Positions 14,270-26,400 of a stretch of DNA of 64,000 nucleotides are shown here, piece after piece. This DNA comes from Carcharhinus longimanus (Eukaryota), in contig JASCQW010000043.1 in assembly GCA_030264375.1 (NCBI GenBank), forward strand, positions 63,015,984 to 63,079,983. Direction: 5' to 3'. Each line of letters starts with the position of its first letter. Position 1 is the stretch's first letter. Below the pieces are notes generated by a model. The model saw only the letters and a list, made by a program, of their open reading frames with translations, made no database searches and was not told the DNA's origin. A program made the position numbers and the translations under genes.

Positions 14270-14613
14270 TAGAACCATAGAATCCCCATGGTGCAAAAAA
14301 AAGGCCATTCAGCCCATCAAGTCTGCACTGACTCTCCAAAAGAGCATCCACCCAGGAGCTTCCCTCCACCCTATCCATGTAAACCCACCTCCCCCCCACC
14401 GTCCTACCCCCATAACTCCAAGCATTTACCACAGCTAATCCAACCAACATTAAACATCTTTGGATTGTGGGAGGAAACAAGAGCATCTGAAGGAAATCCA
14501 CATAGACGCAGTGAGAATGCGTAAACTCCGCACAGTGACCCAAGGCTGGAATCAAACCCAGCTCCCCATTGCTGTGAAGCAACAGCGCTAACCACTCTAC
14601 CACTGTGACTGCC
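14270..14613 (-). mobile_element. HE1-like V-SINE (CR1-type tail)
   Basis: Family head, core and tail motifs present. Confidence 0.85.
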
Positions 14614-15487
14614 GTAAGAGGTGGGAACTGCTGAGGCAGGGAGAAGACCATGAGGCCATCCCAAAATGGAGGTGTTTGCTGAATCCTTCAGAATGGAAAA
14701 TAATGAATGGCCACATCGATCAGGCTATCATTGTGGAAGGGAACTCCTCCACAGGATTGCTTTTGGCTGTGGTTTTCACATTCCAGGGGCTCCATGATAG
14801 AGCAACAAGGTGTCCTCAGCCCCCTGTCCTGTCACTGGGAGGGGGGCCTTCAGGTGACTGAAGTGCTCTTCTCAGCAAGGAGCCATCCAATCTCAGGATG
14901 ATTCCAGCAGCATCAGCAATCTGACCCCATTGAGCCCAACTGCCAAGTGAGTGACTGCTGCTGTATTGCCCCTGCCTCTGACAAGATCACTCCGAGGTGG
15001 GAACATGTCAGAGAGACAACCTGACACCCCAGCTTCAACATCTGCTCTCATTACACCTCCAAGTGCTGCCTCTGCAGGACTGGTAAGGCAGTGCCAGTCC
15101 TGCAGGAGTACTGCCAGTGCCTCTCTCTGTCAGTCAGTATTGACTGTTTGCTTATATTACATATCTGAGTGGACTACAGTGCTGTGAACCCATCATTACA
15201 CTGCCACAGATGCAGGTAGTGAATGCTACAAAATGCACCATCATATTGCTGTGTTTTCTGGGGGTTCATTGCACTGTACACCTGTATAGCGGATGCTCTG
15301 CACAGCTCATTCTTTTAAAAGTAGGGCAGTTCAGATCTGGATCCTAAGACCCACTAGGGCAAGCATCTCCTGACATTGTCATCACCTTCCACTCCACAGT
15401 TCCTCCAATCCATTTCACTCTGTTTGCTCAGTTCTTGTTTGCTTCCTGGTGTACCTCAGGCAGATTGAGGGTGATGATAAAACATCT

Positions 15488-15595
15488 TAAATGACAATAG
15501 TGACTATACCTCAAAATGTAATTCATTGGCATTAAAACACTTTGGGTGACCCTAAGGTCATGAAAGACGCTACATGAATGCAAGATTTTTTTTTG
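15488..15595 (+). mobile_element. Deu-type SINE 3' end
   Basis: AATTCATTGGC..AAAACACTTTGGG...GGTCATGAAAGACGCTAC..AATGCAAG. Homologous to 57235-57345. Confidence 0.6.
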
Positions 15596-15758
15596 TCTTT
15601 ATGTGATTTTGTTCCTCCCTCACTGTAACTTTCTGCTGTGGTGTTCAGTTGGCCTCCAGGAGAATAAATGGGGAAAAGATTGTTGCAACGCATTCTTGGA
15701 AGATGATAATAAACCTATTCATCTTGCTGTCCATTAACATCATTGATTTTTCAGTCAA

Positions 15759-16083
15759 CATAGAATCATTGAATCCCTATAGTACAGAAAGAGGCCATTT
15801 GGCCCATTGAGCCTGCACCAGCAACAATCCCACTCTGGCCCTATCCCTGCAGTCCCATGTATTTACCCTGTTAATCTCCCTGACACTAAGGGGCTAGCTA
15901 GCATGGCCAGTTGACCTAACCCGCACATCTTTGGACTGTGGGAGGACACTGGAGCACCCAAGGGAAACCTAGGCAGACACAGGGAGAATGTCAAACTCCA
16001 CACAGGCAGTGACCCAAGGCTGGAATTGAACATGGGTCCCTGGCGCTGTGAGGCAATAATGCTAATCATTGTGCCACCATGCC
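15759..16083 (-). mobile_element. HE1-like V-SINE (CR1-type tail)
   Basis: Near-complete copy. Confidence 0.9.
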
Positions 16084-16139
16084 TCCAATAAGGGGGAATT
16101 GTGCAGGTAGGTCTTACGATGATGGAATTTCCATTCCTT

Positions 16140-16960
16140 TTTTTTCTTTATTCTTTCTTGAGATGTGGATATGTCTTGAAAGGCCAGCATTTGTTCTCTA
16201 TCCCAAGTTATCCTCAACTGAATGGCTTTGCAAGGCCATTTTGGAGGGTAGTTAAGTGTCAGCTACATTGCTGTGGGTCTGTAGTTATATGTAAGCCATG
16301 TCCATAAAAGTACTGTTCACAAGGACATAGTGAACCAGATGGGTTTTTACACCAATCAATCATTGTTGTCATGGTGATCATTACTGCTGCCCAGCTTTAC
16401 AATTCCGGATTTGTTCATTGAATTCAAATTCCAGCAGCTGCCATGTTGGGATTGGAAACCATGACCGGAATTTTCACTTCTGGTGAGAAAGCCAGTGTTA
16501 GCAAATCAGATTGCAATTTTCCCACACTTGGTAATATTTTGGGGGTGGGGTGAGTTTTGCATCTGAGTGGGGCGGGGCCTAAACATGCTGGCCAATCCAG
16601 CTTCAGAGATCGGGCACCATTTTTAATGGCCATCACATCTGGTCTCCATAGTGATTCTCACTAGGTTCCCCCTGCGCTAGAGGGTTGGAGAATCCTGGGA
16701 ACAAAGATAATCTGGTTTGGAATTGACCAATCATATTTAGATACTTGTTTAAATTTGCTAATCTAGTTTTACATCTGGGTGCAGTGGCTTTGAGGATCCC
16801 AACAGGGTTTCACACTGGTACTAAATGCACTAGGCCCCTCCCCTGCAATTCTTCAACCCCACTCTGCCCCAACGTGACCTGAGACATGGCTACATAATCG
16901 CGGGGCCTGTCTCCAGAACATCAGTCTGAAATACTAATCCAGTGACATTACCATCACCCC
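16140..16960 (-). mobile_element. Older tRNA-derived shark SINE sharing its 3' end with the LINE at 7705, interrupted by an insert at ~16463-16908
   Basis: GGCCAGCATTT..., GTGAACCAGATGGGTTTTTAC and ATTCAAATTCCAGCAGCTGCCATG..GGGATT, resuming as TCTCCAGAAC...CCAGTGACATTACC. A second fragment lies at 39325-39450. Confidence 0.6.
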
Positions 16961-17172
16961 ACTTTCTCCTTCTCCGCAACTTGATTTGCGCCACTTCTAT
17001 TCACACCTCAAGAAACCTAGATCCCGACACTCCCAGATATTTTACATTGTTAGTCTTGTTTTCAGGTAAATACATGATGACCTATTACACACTGTAGCCA
17101 TAAGTCCTCCAGCAATACACCATTTTCCATAAACCAGATGGCGGTCAGGCAGAAAGTCCGCTAATAGCACAT

Positions 17173-17462
17173 TTAAAGTTTATTTATTAGTGTCATGAGT
17201 AGGCTTACATTAACACTGCAATGAAGTTACTGTGAAAATCCTCTAGTTACCACGCTCCAGTGGTGCCTGTTCGGGTACATTGAGGGAGAATTTAGCACAG
17301 CCAATGCATCGAAACAGCACATCTTTCAGATTGTGGGGGGAAACTGGAGTATCGGAAGGAAACCCACACAGACACGGGGAAAACGTGCAGACTCCACCCA
17401 AGACAGAGACTCAAGCCGAGAATCGAACCCGGGTCCCTGGTGCTGTGAGACACTGTGCCGCC
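17173..17462 (-). mobile_element. V-SINE with alternative (non-CR1) tail
   Basis: HE1-like head and core, but the tail reads (reverse) GGATTTTCACAGTAACTTCATTGCAGTGTTAATGTAAGCCTAC...AATAAATAAACTTT. Confidence 0.85.
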
Positions 17463-18507
17463 TGTCGCATGTTTTCATTATTCAAATAAATCTGACCCCA
17501 AAAGATTCAGCAGGGCCAGTGCTATTGAGCTGGGCAGCGGAAGCCCTGGCCCACACCATTCCTGTTGTTAACAACACCAGCGAGGAAAGTCTCCTCTGAT
17601 AGACTTTTAAACAGCAAAGCTCTGATCTGATCAATCTGGAAGCCGGACAGACTAAATCAAAGATCTTGGATAAATTTAAGAAAGGTTGAGACTATTAAAT
17701 TGCAAAATTAGCTGCTCTGTGGTTCTGTTAGTTGAATGATCTTCTCGAGTACCACAGCACAAATCAGAACTGACATAAAACATTCCTGGTATGAAAATGT
17801 GGATGAAAACCAGGTGAATTGCCTCGGAAAATAAGACAGAATGGCAGCAACCGTAAACCACAGAAATGACAGATTAGAGTGTAAAATTGTACAGTTAAAT
17901 TCAAAATAGACAGCATTATGTTTGTAGCTCAAAATGTTGGACACATGTTTCCAACCATCTGGCACTCTTCCGTCTTGTGTGCCTGGATGGCGGGGAAGGG
18001 TTATTACTTTTAGCAATGTTTATTATTCGTACCAAGGATGGTTAGCTGGGGATTTCCAGCAATAGCTCAGTAATGTAATTTGATTTTCTTCACTCAAGTG
18101 CTGCAGGCGCAGTAGGGCTATAGACCCTGAAAGAAACTTCTTGTACAATAATGCAAACTGAATAGCTTTTCGCCTCTAAGTTCATGACAGAAACAAAATG
18201 TAATAATGCTGGGTGTGTAATGTTTTGATCTAATGACACTGTTATCTGTATTACCTCATCACTTAAATCTCAAACTGTGTTCATTGCTTTACATACAGTA
18301 TATTACACTGAGATGTTATAAACTCTCATTCGTGACTTTTTAAAGAGTTCTTTCTCTCGTTAATTGATATCTTGCCAAAATATCTCCCTTCCTTCTCCCC
18401 CCCTGACAGCATAATGCTCAGGGTTCTAAAAGAAAGCTTGCCAGTGCAACAGAATTTCCTAATGTGTCCCAATAAACAACTAGATTGCTGAAACAGAAAA
18501 TTTCTAA

Positions 18508-18828
18508 GGGGTAGCGCAGCGGCACAGTGATTAGCACTGCTGCCTCACAGCGTCAGGGACCCAGGTTCAATTCCTGGCTGAGGTCACTGTCTGTGTGGAG
18601 TTTGCATGTTATTCCTGTGTCTGCGTGGCTTTCCTCCAAGTGCTCTGATTTCCTCCCACAGTCCAAAGATGTGCGGGTTAGGTGGATTGGCCATGCTAAA
18701 TTGCCCCTTAGTGTGAGAGGGACTGGCTAGGTAAATTTAGGGGGATAGGGCCTGGGGTGGGATTGTGGTCAGTGCAGACTAGGTGGGCCAAACAGCCTCC
18801 TTCTGCACTGCAGGGATTCTACAAGATG
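18508..18828 (+). mobile_element. HE1-like V-SINE (CR1-type tail)
   Basis: GGCACAGTGATTAGCACTGCTGCCTCACAGCG..GGGACCCAGGTTCAATTCC...CCCACAGTCCAAAGATGTGCGGGTTAGG...GGGCCAAACAGCCTCCTTCTGCACTG. Confidence 0.92.
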
Positions 18829-20142
18829 NNNNNNNNNNNNNNNNNNNNNNNNNNNNNNNNTTATGCAAGAACTAAAAAAAATTGCAACTCATTTTTATGT
18901 TTGAATTGTTTTATTTCCCCATAGTGAGGGTATATTGTGAATCATCCAGGCAAAGTCCTTTATTTCATTGTTGGTTGAGATTGTGCTAGCTAACCACAAC
19001 CATTCAGCAGCAAGAGCACCATAATTAAGGGGAGTGGGATTCTTTGGGTCTGCTAACTCCCGGTGAGTATCATGATGGGCCGGAGAACCTGGAGCCAGCA
19101 GCAAAACAGGTTCCACGCCAGGCATCAAACTTGTTGTAATCCTCCAAGGCCACATTGCCAGGNNNNNNNNNNCTTCCTGGCCAGAGCAGGTAGGAACCCA
19201 ATAAATATTCAAAAACCTCCTTAGCATCTCATTAGTATCTCATTAGCAGGCTATCAATGGCCGCTCGAGATGTTCCTACCCCTCCAGCAGGAAGTCACTC
19301 AGGAGTGAATGGGTAGAGGTTCTGACAAGCAGGGAACTGGTGGACTGAGCACCGATAGGGTAGCAAGGAGAAAAGAAGCCACTTGAAAGTTATATCAGGG
19401 TGTATGGTAGGGAGCTTGCAAAGCACCTGTGGGTAGGGGTCTCGGTGCTGGTGGCTTGGGGATGGACTCGAACCGACCTTGGGGGTTTACCCCACCCCTC
19501 TGGGAAATGGGAGTGGCCTGGCTGAAAGTCAACATACTGTGGGGAAGGGTTTAGAGAAATCACTCTCAGGCAACTGACCTGTCATTATATAGTTTGGTGT
19601 CGATTACATGTCTCACCTGTAACATCTCCTTCCCTACTGATAATGTTATGCACCCTATCCATCTGCAAGTCTGCATTACTCTCTAAGGAATCCATGGATA
19701 CACTGGGTTCAGTCAGCGATCCTGACCTGCTGGCACACCTCTATGAACTTCTACTCACTGGTGTCGTCAGGCAAATTTGGGATCTTGCCCTTTCAAGACT
19801 GACTGTAGCCCATGCACAAACCCTCTCAGCCCCTTAGCTTCTCAATCTGACTGCATCTAGAAGGCAGTGGATAGGATTTCTAAACCCACAAGCATCCCCT
19901 CCCCACTACTGACTCCCAGCTCCCCCATAAGTTCTAAGGCACTGTATGACAGCCCATAACTCCTCAGTGGCTTCACTTTCCCCAGCACACAAGTTTCTGA
20001 CACAGCTCATACAGGAATGTATCAGGATCACTCCATGAATTACCCTCTGCTGCACTCCCAGGGAAACGCAATAGGAGCTTAGCAGAGCCCATTGTGGGGA
20101 CCTCATTGTTGTGGACACGGCTTCTCCATGTGTATGGGAACA

Positions 20143-20425
20143 TTAAAGTAAAGTTTATTTATTAGTCACAAGTAGACTTTTAACATTGCAATGAAGTTAC
20201 TGTGAAAATCCCCTAGTCACCACACTCCAGCAGCACATGTCCATGTGCACTGAGGAAGAATTTAGCATGGCCGATGCACCTAACCAGCGCATCTTTCGGA
20301 CTGTGGAAGGAAACCGGAGCACTCGGAGGAAACCCATGCAGACACGGGGAGAATGTGCAGACTCTGCACAGACAGTGGCCCAAGCCCTGTGAGGCAGCAG
20401 TGCTAACGACTGTGCCACCGTGCCG
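20143..20425 (-). mobile_element. V-SINE with alternative tail
   Basis: Same structure as 17173-17462. Confidence 0.85.
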
Positions 20426-21461
20426 TTACTGGTGTCTGAGGGTTGAAGCACCAAAGAGTAGCCCCAGGTCATGGGGGGATGGTGGGAAGGATTGTCAAAT
20501 GAGGTGTGAGTGCTGGAAGGTCCTGGCTTTCTTGCGGGAGGTGGGGTGCATATCAGCCAGGCATGAGTGGAAGGGTTGCCTGTTCCTTGTGTGGCCATAC
20601 TGCAGCTTGGAGTTTGATGGCATCCAATGAGATTTGAAATCACCTGACCCAGAGGCTATGATTGGATCTGAGGAGAATATTGGAATACTGCCCCCGCTTA
20701 TAAAGGGCTAACAGCTGAATCCTGACTACAGTGAATCAGGCGCCAGGCAGCGGAAAGTCAGCATGAAATACATGCGGGGAGAACTGGCCCATTAACAGAT
20801 TCTGAATAGTGTGTGGTAGAGCCAATGGGAAAACTCCCCGGCTTCTCCGCTGGCACGGGCACTTAGTCCCAATTTGGGAGATTTGCAGCGTAAATCTAGG
20901 CACCTGTGGGCTATAGGGGGAGAGATATCAAATTCCTGTTCCAGGTAGATGTCTCGCAACCCCACCTGGAAGAGCAGCTGATGGGTGAGGAGAGAATAAA
21001 ACAAAGTCACAATGTTCCTGCAGTGTAATACGGCCACCAAATTTACGAGCAAAGCTGACGTATAAATAACGATTAATGAGGCCTGGTACCAAGAGGAGAC
21101 AGATGTGTGTCCAGGTCAAATCAGACCTGAACCAAAATTGAAGGTCTCAGAGAAGAGGAGGTGTGACAAGGGAAGAAAATTTGTATGAGCAAAGAAGGAA
21201 ATAACTATTTGGTATGGAGTTGAAGGTGAGGAATGACTTAGAAAATTCCATAATATCACACATATAGCATTTGGGCGTACAGCCACTTCCTAGCAAATGA
21301 CACAGAATTGCAATTGGAGTTGAAAACTAATGACACTTGCTAGAAAAACAGTGTGTTTGTATAGGGACATGAAATTCCTCTCAGGGAGTGTGATTGACAG
21401 CCGATTCCACTCCTGTCTGAGAACTACCAAAACATTAACAAATCTTCAACTATCCGAGAAG

Positions 21462-22395
21462 GAGCCTGCCACACACTGCTGGAGCAGGTTTACACTCTGG
21501 AGCAGCATATCACACTCTGCTGGAGCAGGTTTACACTCTGGAGCAGCCTGTCACACTCTGCTGGTGCAGGTTTAAACTCTGGAGCAGCCTATCACACTCT
21601 GCTGGAGCAGGTTTACACTCTGGAGCAGCCTATCACACTCTGCTGGTGCAGGTTTACACTCTGGAGCAGCCTATCACACTCTGCTGGTGCAGGTTTACAC
21701 TCTGGAGCAGCCTGTCACACTCTGCTGGAGCAGGTTTACACTCTGGAGCAGCCTATCACACTCTGCTGGTGCAGGTTTACACTCTGGAACAGTCTATCAC
21801 ACTCTGCTGGTGCACGTTTACACTCTGGAACAGCCTATCACATTCTGCTGGTGCAGGTTTACACTCTGGAGCAGCCTGTCACACTCTGCTGGAGCAGGTT
21901 TACACTCTGGAGCAGCCTGTCACACTCTGCTGGAGCAGGTTTACACTCTGGAACAGCCTATCACACTCTGCTGGAGCAGGTTTACACTCTGGAGCAGCCT
22001 ATCACACTCTGCTGGTGCAGGTTTACACTCNNNNNNNNNNNNNNNNNNNNNNNNNNNNNNNNNNNNNNNNNNNNNNNNNNNNNNNNNNNNNNNNNNNNNN
22101 NNNNNNNNNNNNNNNNNNNNNNNNNNNNNNTCTCTGCTGGAGCAGGTTTACACTCTGGAACAGCCTATCACATTCTGCTGGAGCAGGTTTACACTCTGGA
22201 GCAGCCTGTCACTCTCTGCTGGAGCAGGTTTACACTCTGGAGCAGCCTATCACACTCTGCTGGAGCAGGTTTACACTCTGGAGCAGTCTATCACACTCTG
22301 CTGGTGCAGGTTTACACTCTGGAACAGCCTATCACACTCTGCTGGTGCAGGTTTACACTCTGGAACAGCCTGTCACACCCTGTTGGTGCAGGTTT
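21462..22395 (+). repeat. 41-bp minisatellite, at least ~20 units, spanning a 100-N gap
   Basis: Unit GCAGGTTTACACTCTGGAGCAGCCTATCACACTCTGCTGGA. Unit starts fall at an exact 41-bp period at 21484...22017 and 22142...22388. Confidence 0.97.
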
Positions 22396-22607
22396 CTGGG
22401 GCCTCCAGCATCAATGTATCACCCCTAGGTGCACATTCTGAATCCCAACAAAAGCCAGTCCAAACCATTGAAGTAAAGCTTTGCCTCGGAAACCAACCAG
22501 TGAAAAATGGAAGTGTGAATGCCGCCAAGGAACCAAAATGATAAATATTTGGAATAAACATAGCTGAAGATGAATCTGAGAGGTTTTGCAGTGCTCCTCC
22601 TTGCTCA

Positions 22608-23192
22608 ACCATGCAGACGCTACAACAACGGATGAATGAACACCGCTCGACAATCACCAGGCAAGACTGTTCTCTTCCTGTCGGGGAGCACTTCAGTGTC
22701 ACGGGCATTCAGTCTCTGACCTTCGGGTAAGCGTTCTCCAAGGCGGCCTTCATAACGCACGACAGTGCAGAGTCGCTGAGCAGAAACTGGTGGCCAAGTT
22801 CCACACACATGAGGATGGCCTCAACCGGGATCTTGGATTCATGTCACATTATCTGTTACCCCCACAACTTGCCTGGGCTTGCAAAATCTCACTAACTGTC
22901 CTCTCTGGAGACTATGCACATCTCTTTAACCGGTGCTTCAAGGTACAGACAATGTGAGTGGAGAGAGCATTAAGTCTTGATTAGCTATAAAGACTTGCAT
23001 TCCGACCATTATTTTGTAAAATGAGTTTGTGTCTTTATATGCCCTGTTTGTGAAGAGAACACCTGATGAAGGAACAGCACTCCGAAAGTTACTGGCTTTT
23101 GCTCCCAAATAAATCTGTTAGACTTTAACCTGGTGTTGTGAGACTTCTTACTGTGTCCACTGCAGTCCAGTATACCATTGCAACTTCCCATT
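22608..23192 (+). mobile_element. Penelope-like retroelement 3' part (GIY-YIG C-terminus plus 3' terminal region)
   Basis: MQTLQQRMNEHRSTITRQDCSLPVGEHFS/(-1 frameshift)HGHSVSDLRVSVLQGG...AEQKLVAKFHTHEDGLNRDLGFMSHY, followed by the conserved CCAAATAAA.CTGTT.GACTTTAACCTGGTGTTGTGAGAC end. Confidence 0.85.
23060..23094 (+). ncRNA. Degenerate minimal type I hammerhead ribozyme motif within the Penelope-like element
   Basis: cac-CTGATGA-aGGAacagcacTCC-GAAA-gttactg. The sister copy at 25618-25646 has GGAGcagcaCTCC-GAAA-GCTA-GTG. Confidence 0.6.
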
Positions 23193-24331
23193 ATGTCCAC
23201 TCGTCAGCACCTTTGTCCCAGTCACCCCACACTTCCCACTGTCCCCTTTCCAGTTGCCTCAATTTTCACAGGCTGACCCACTGCCCCCCTTCCCCCTCTC
23301 CCCCCGGCCCATACCCTGCACTGACTAATGTTAATTCCCAGTTCTCATGTTCTCTGGATCACCTTTCCTTCCCCTTCGAGCAGTAGCTCAAAATTTCAAA
23401 CCTGAAAATGTGTCAATCTTGAAGTTGCAGGCCTGAATTTTCGCTCCTGGGTGGGGAGTGCAGAGTAAATGTGACCTAGAAAAGAGTTCTCTGGAGGTAG
23501 GGATTTTCATTCCGGGCTGGCATTGGTCAAGAGATCAGTGCGGTGCCTGCTGGGTGTGGGGGTAGGATGGGCTGAACACCTCCCCTGGACCACCAGTATT
23601 TTGTCAAAGATTTTTTGTTTTAATGCTTTTTAATAAAAGCCCTCACACAACCACATGCTCCCCACGCTCCATCCATGCCACCTCATTCTTTCTACCTCCT
23701 CCCCAAGACCTCTAATATCCGCTATGCTAATTTATTCCCCTCCACCCACCCCATCTTTATAGGCCCTGTGCTAACTTAGTATCAACTAATGCCAATCCTG
23801 ACCCCCCAGCCACCATTCTTTGCCCTTGGAACTACCATGCCAACTCACTCAGTTTCCACCATGAGCAGATTTCAGGAGCCATGCTAAAATGAAATAAAAT
23901 AAAGTCTATTGCAGACTTAAAAACACTCTCATTCACAAAAAAATCACTACATTTACACCCCTTCAACTACATAATCACTTACATAAACAAACATTTCAAT
24001 CAAGTTCTTAATCTGTTATGACACCAAGCATCGGGATGCATGGTTCCTTGTCAATAAGTTTATGACCACTTGGTGCTGTCAATCAAACTGTGAACTGGAA
24101 GGCACCCCACTTTGAAATTTGTCATGCAGAACTAATACAGTAATGACAACAGTCAGGCCTATGTCATCAGGCAAAGTGAAATAGCAAGCAATGATTTCTG
24201 TTAATACTTGCTCCATTTTTTTTCAAAGATTTAAAGGGCAAGAGTTTTAAATGCCTTAATAGCTCAATGGTTACTTTTGGTAGTTGTTTTTGACAGGTCC
24301 CTCTTGACAGTCCAATGAGTTTATACACACT

Positions 24332-25580
24332 GGGCCCAGTTTTACCATTACGTCGCGCCTGTTTTCGGGCGCGCAAATGTGGTAAAGTCAGGTAAGAGGC
24401 CATTAATGCGATTCGTACCTGCGTCCACGTAGATGGCCAATTTACCAAGACCCAGGAATGGCTGCAATCCGATTCGTGATTTTGATGCATTTGCATGTAT
24501 TTCAATTGAATTAATGAACTGCCTGCCCAACTTTATCAGCATTTCCCCCTTTACCACTGTGTTCGCCAATCCAGAATAGCGCCAAAATGGACATTCTGAA
24601 TAAAAGTCTGAATCGAGCGCTCCAGCTGCTGAAGAGGTGAATTCAGAGTTTCCAATGGCTCTTAGACTCAGATCAGGGGTGGAGGGGGGAGTGAAGGGAA
24701 GCGGGTCAGATNNNNNNNNNNNNNNNNNNNNNNNNNNNNNNNNNNNNNNNNNNNNNNNNNNNNNNNNNNNNNNNNNNNNNNNNNNNNNNNNNNNNNNNNN
24801 NNNNNNNNNNNNNNNNNNNNNNNNNNNNNNNNNNNNNNNNNNNNNNNNNNNNNNNNNNNNNNNNNNNNNNNNNNNNNNNNNNNNNNNNNNNNNNNNNNNN
24901 NNNNNNNNNNNNNNNNNNNNNNNNNNNNNNNNNNNNNNNNNNNNNNNNNNNNNNNNNNNNNNNNNNNNNNNNNNNNNNNNNNNNNNNNNNNNNNNNNNNN
25001 NNNNNNNNNNNNNNNNNNNNNNNNNNNNNNNNNNNNNNNNNNNNNNNNNNNNNNNNNNNNNNNNNNNNNNNNNNNNNNNNNNNNNNNNNNNNNNNNNNNN
25101 NNNNNNNNNNNNNNNNNNNNNNNNNNNNNNNNNNNNNNNNNNNNNNNNNNNNNNNNNNNNNNNNNNNNNNNNNNNNNNNNNNNNNNNNNNNNNNNNNNNN
25201 NNNNNNNNNNNNNNNNNNNNNNNNNNNNNNNNNNNNNNNNNNNNNNNNNNNNNNNNNNNNNNNNNNNNNNNNNNNNNNNNNNNNNNNNNNNNNNNNNNNN
25301 NNNNNNNNNNNNNNNNNNNNNNNNNNNNNNNNNNNNNNNNNNNNNNNNNNNNNNNNNNNNNNNNNNNNNNNNNNNNNNNNNNNNNNNNNNNNNNNNNNNN
25401 NNNNNNNNNNNNNNNNNNNNNNNNNNNNNNNNNNNNNNNNNNNNNNNNNNNNNNNNNNNNNNNNNNNNNNNNNNNNNNNNNNNNNNNNNNNNNNNNNNNN
25501 NNNNNNNNNNNNNNNNNNAGCAGGTTTCCAAATCGGTGCCTAGATTCAGCACTTAGAATGAAAATGGTAAAATCAGGCCC
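24332..25580. mobile_element. Young non-autonomous TIR DNA element (PIF/Harbinger-group-like) with 3-bp TSD ACT; interior mostly in a gap
   Basis: TIRs GGGCCCAGTTTTACCATT (24332) and AATGGTAAAATCAGGCCC (ends 25580). ACT flanks both sides (24329-24331, 25581-25583). CpG-rich interior. Confidence 0.75.
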
Positions 25581-25617
25581 ACTGTGTACACATTCATGTC
25601 GACTTTTAACAATATCA

Positions 25618-25741
25618 ATGAAGGAGCAGCACTCCGAAAGCTAGTGGCTTGTGCTACCAAATAAACCTGTTGGAATTTAACCTGGTGTTGTGAGAATTCT
25701 TACTATGTTTAACCCAGTTCATCGCCGGCATCTCCACATCA
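25618..25741 (+). mobile_element. Penelope-like terminal fragment with partial hammerhead core
   Basis: ATGAAGGAGCAGCACTCCGAAAGCTAGTGGCTTGTGCTACCAAATAAACCTGTTGG...GCCGGCATCTCCACATC. Confidence 0.8.
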
Positions 25742-26104
25742 CAACTTACAACAATTCTAAGGGGCACCTTACTTTTCCCAAAAGGTAGCTGACCCATCCC
25801 ATAGGTGTCCTGATGACCATATCCAAAGGAGTACCCTATCTCTCCAAAATGGTGCACCACTTCTCCAAAGGACTCTGTAAAGCTGAGACCTGTTCCTATC
25901 AATTTTACAGTTCCACTGTAGTGGGGCCAGGACCATAAAATGCAGTGTGCCATTCGAGCGACCATTGGCTTCAGCAGAATCAAACAATCCCACTGGCAGA
26001 TGGGCACGGAAAAGTCCCCCCATCGTGTTCCCCACTCCAGGCTAACAGTAATCAGACACGTCTGGAGAATCCTGAAGGTTTATATGGGCTGCTGCCATGT
26101 GATA

Positions 26105-26400
26105 TCATTGAATTCCTACAGTGCAGAAGGCCCATCAAGCTGCACTGACAACAATCCAACCCAAGCCCTATTCCCATAACCCCATGTATTTACCTAGCCA
26201 ATCCACCTGACACTAAGGACAATTTAGCATAGCCCAGGAACCTAACCACACATCTTTGGACTGTGGGAGGATACCGGAGCACCTGGAGGAAGCCCACGCA
26301 GACACTGGGAGAAACTCCACACAGTCAGTGACCCAAGGCTGGAATTGAACCTGGGTCCCTGGAGCTGTGAAGCAGCAGTGCTAACCACTGTACTACCGCG
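26105..26400 (-). mobile_element. HE1-like V-SINE (CR1-type tail)
   Basis: Family head, core and tail motifs present. Confidence 0.9.

Noticed and set aside
18508-18580. tRNA gene (A and B boxes)
   Set aside because: This is the tRNA-derived head of a multi-copy SINE and continues into the SINE core. The same applies to the other copies.
21462-22395. CRISPR-like array or repeat-protein gene (three long overlapping ORFs)
   Set aside because: Units are head-to-tail with no unique spacers and no cas genes, in a eukaryotic context. The ORFs lack an ATG within the array, splice signals and frame preference, and one unit variant creates TAA.
24637-25644. Long ORFs crossing N runs (also 51226-51918, 28468-28834, 11941-12307)
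   Set aside because: Artefacts of assembly gaps translated as X.
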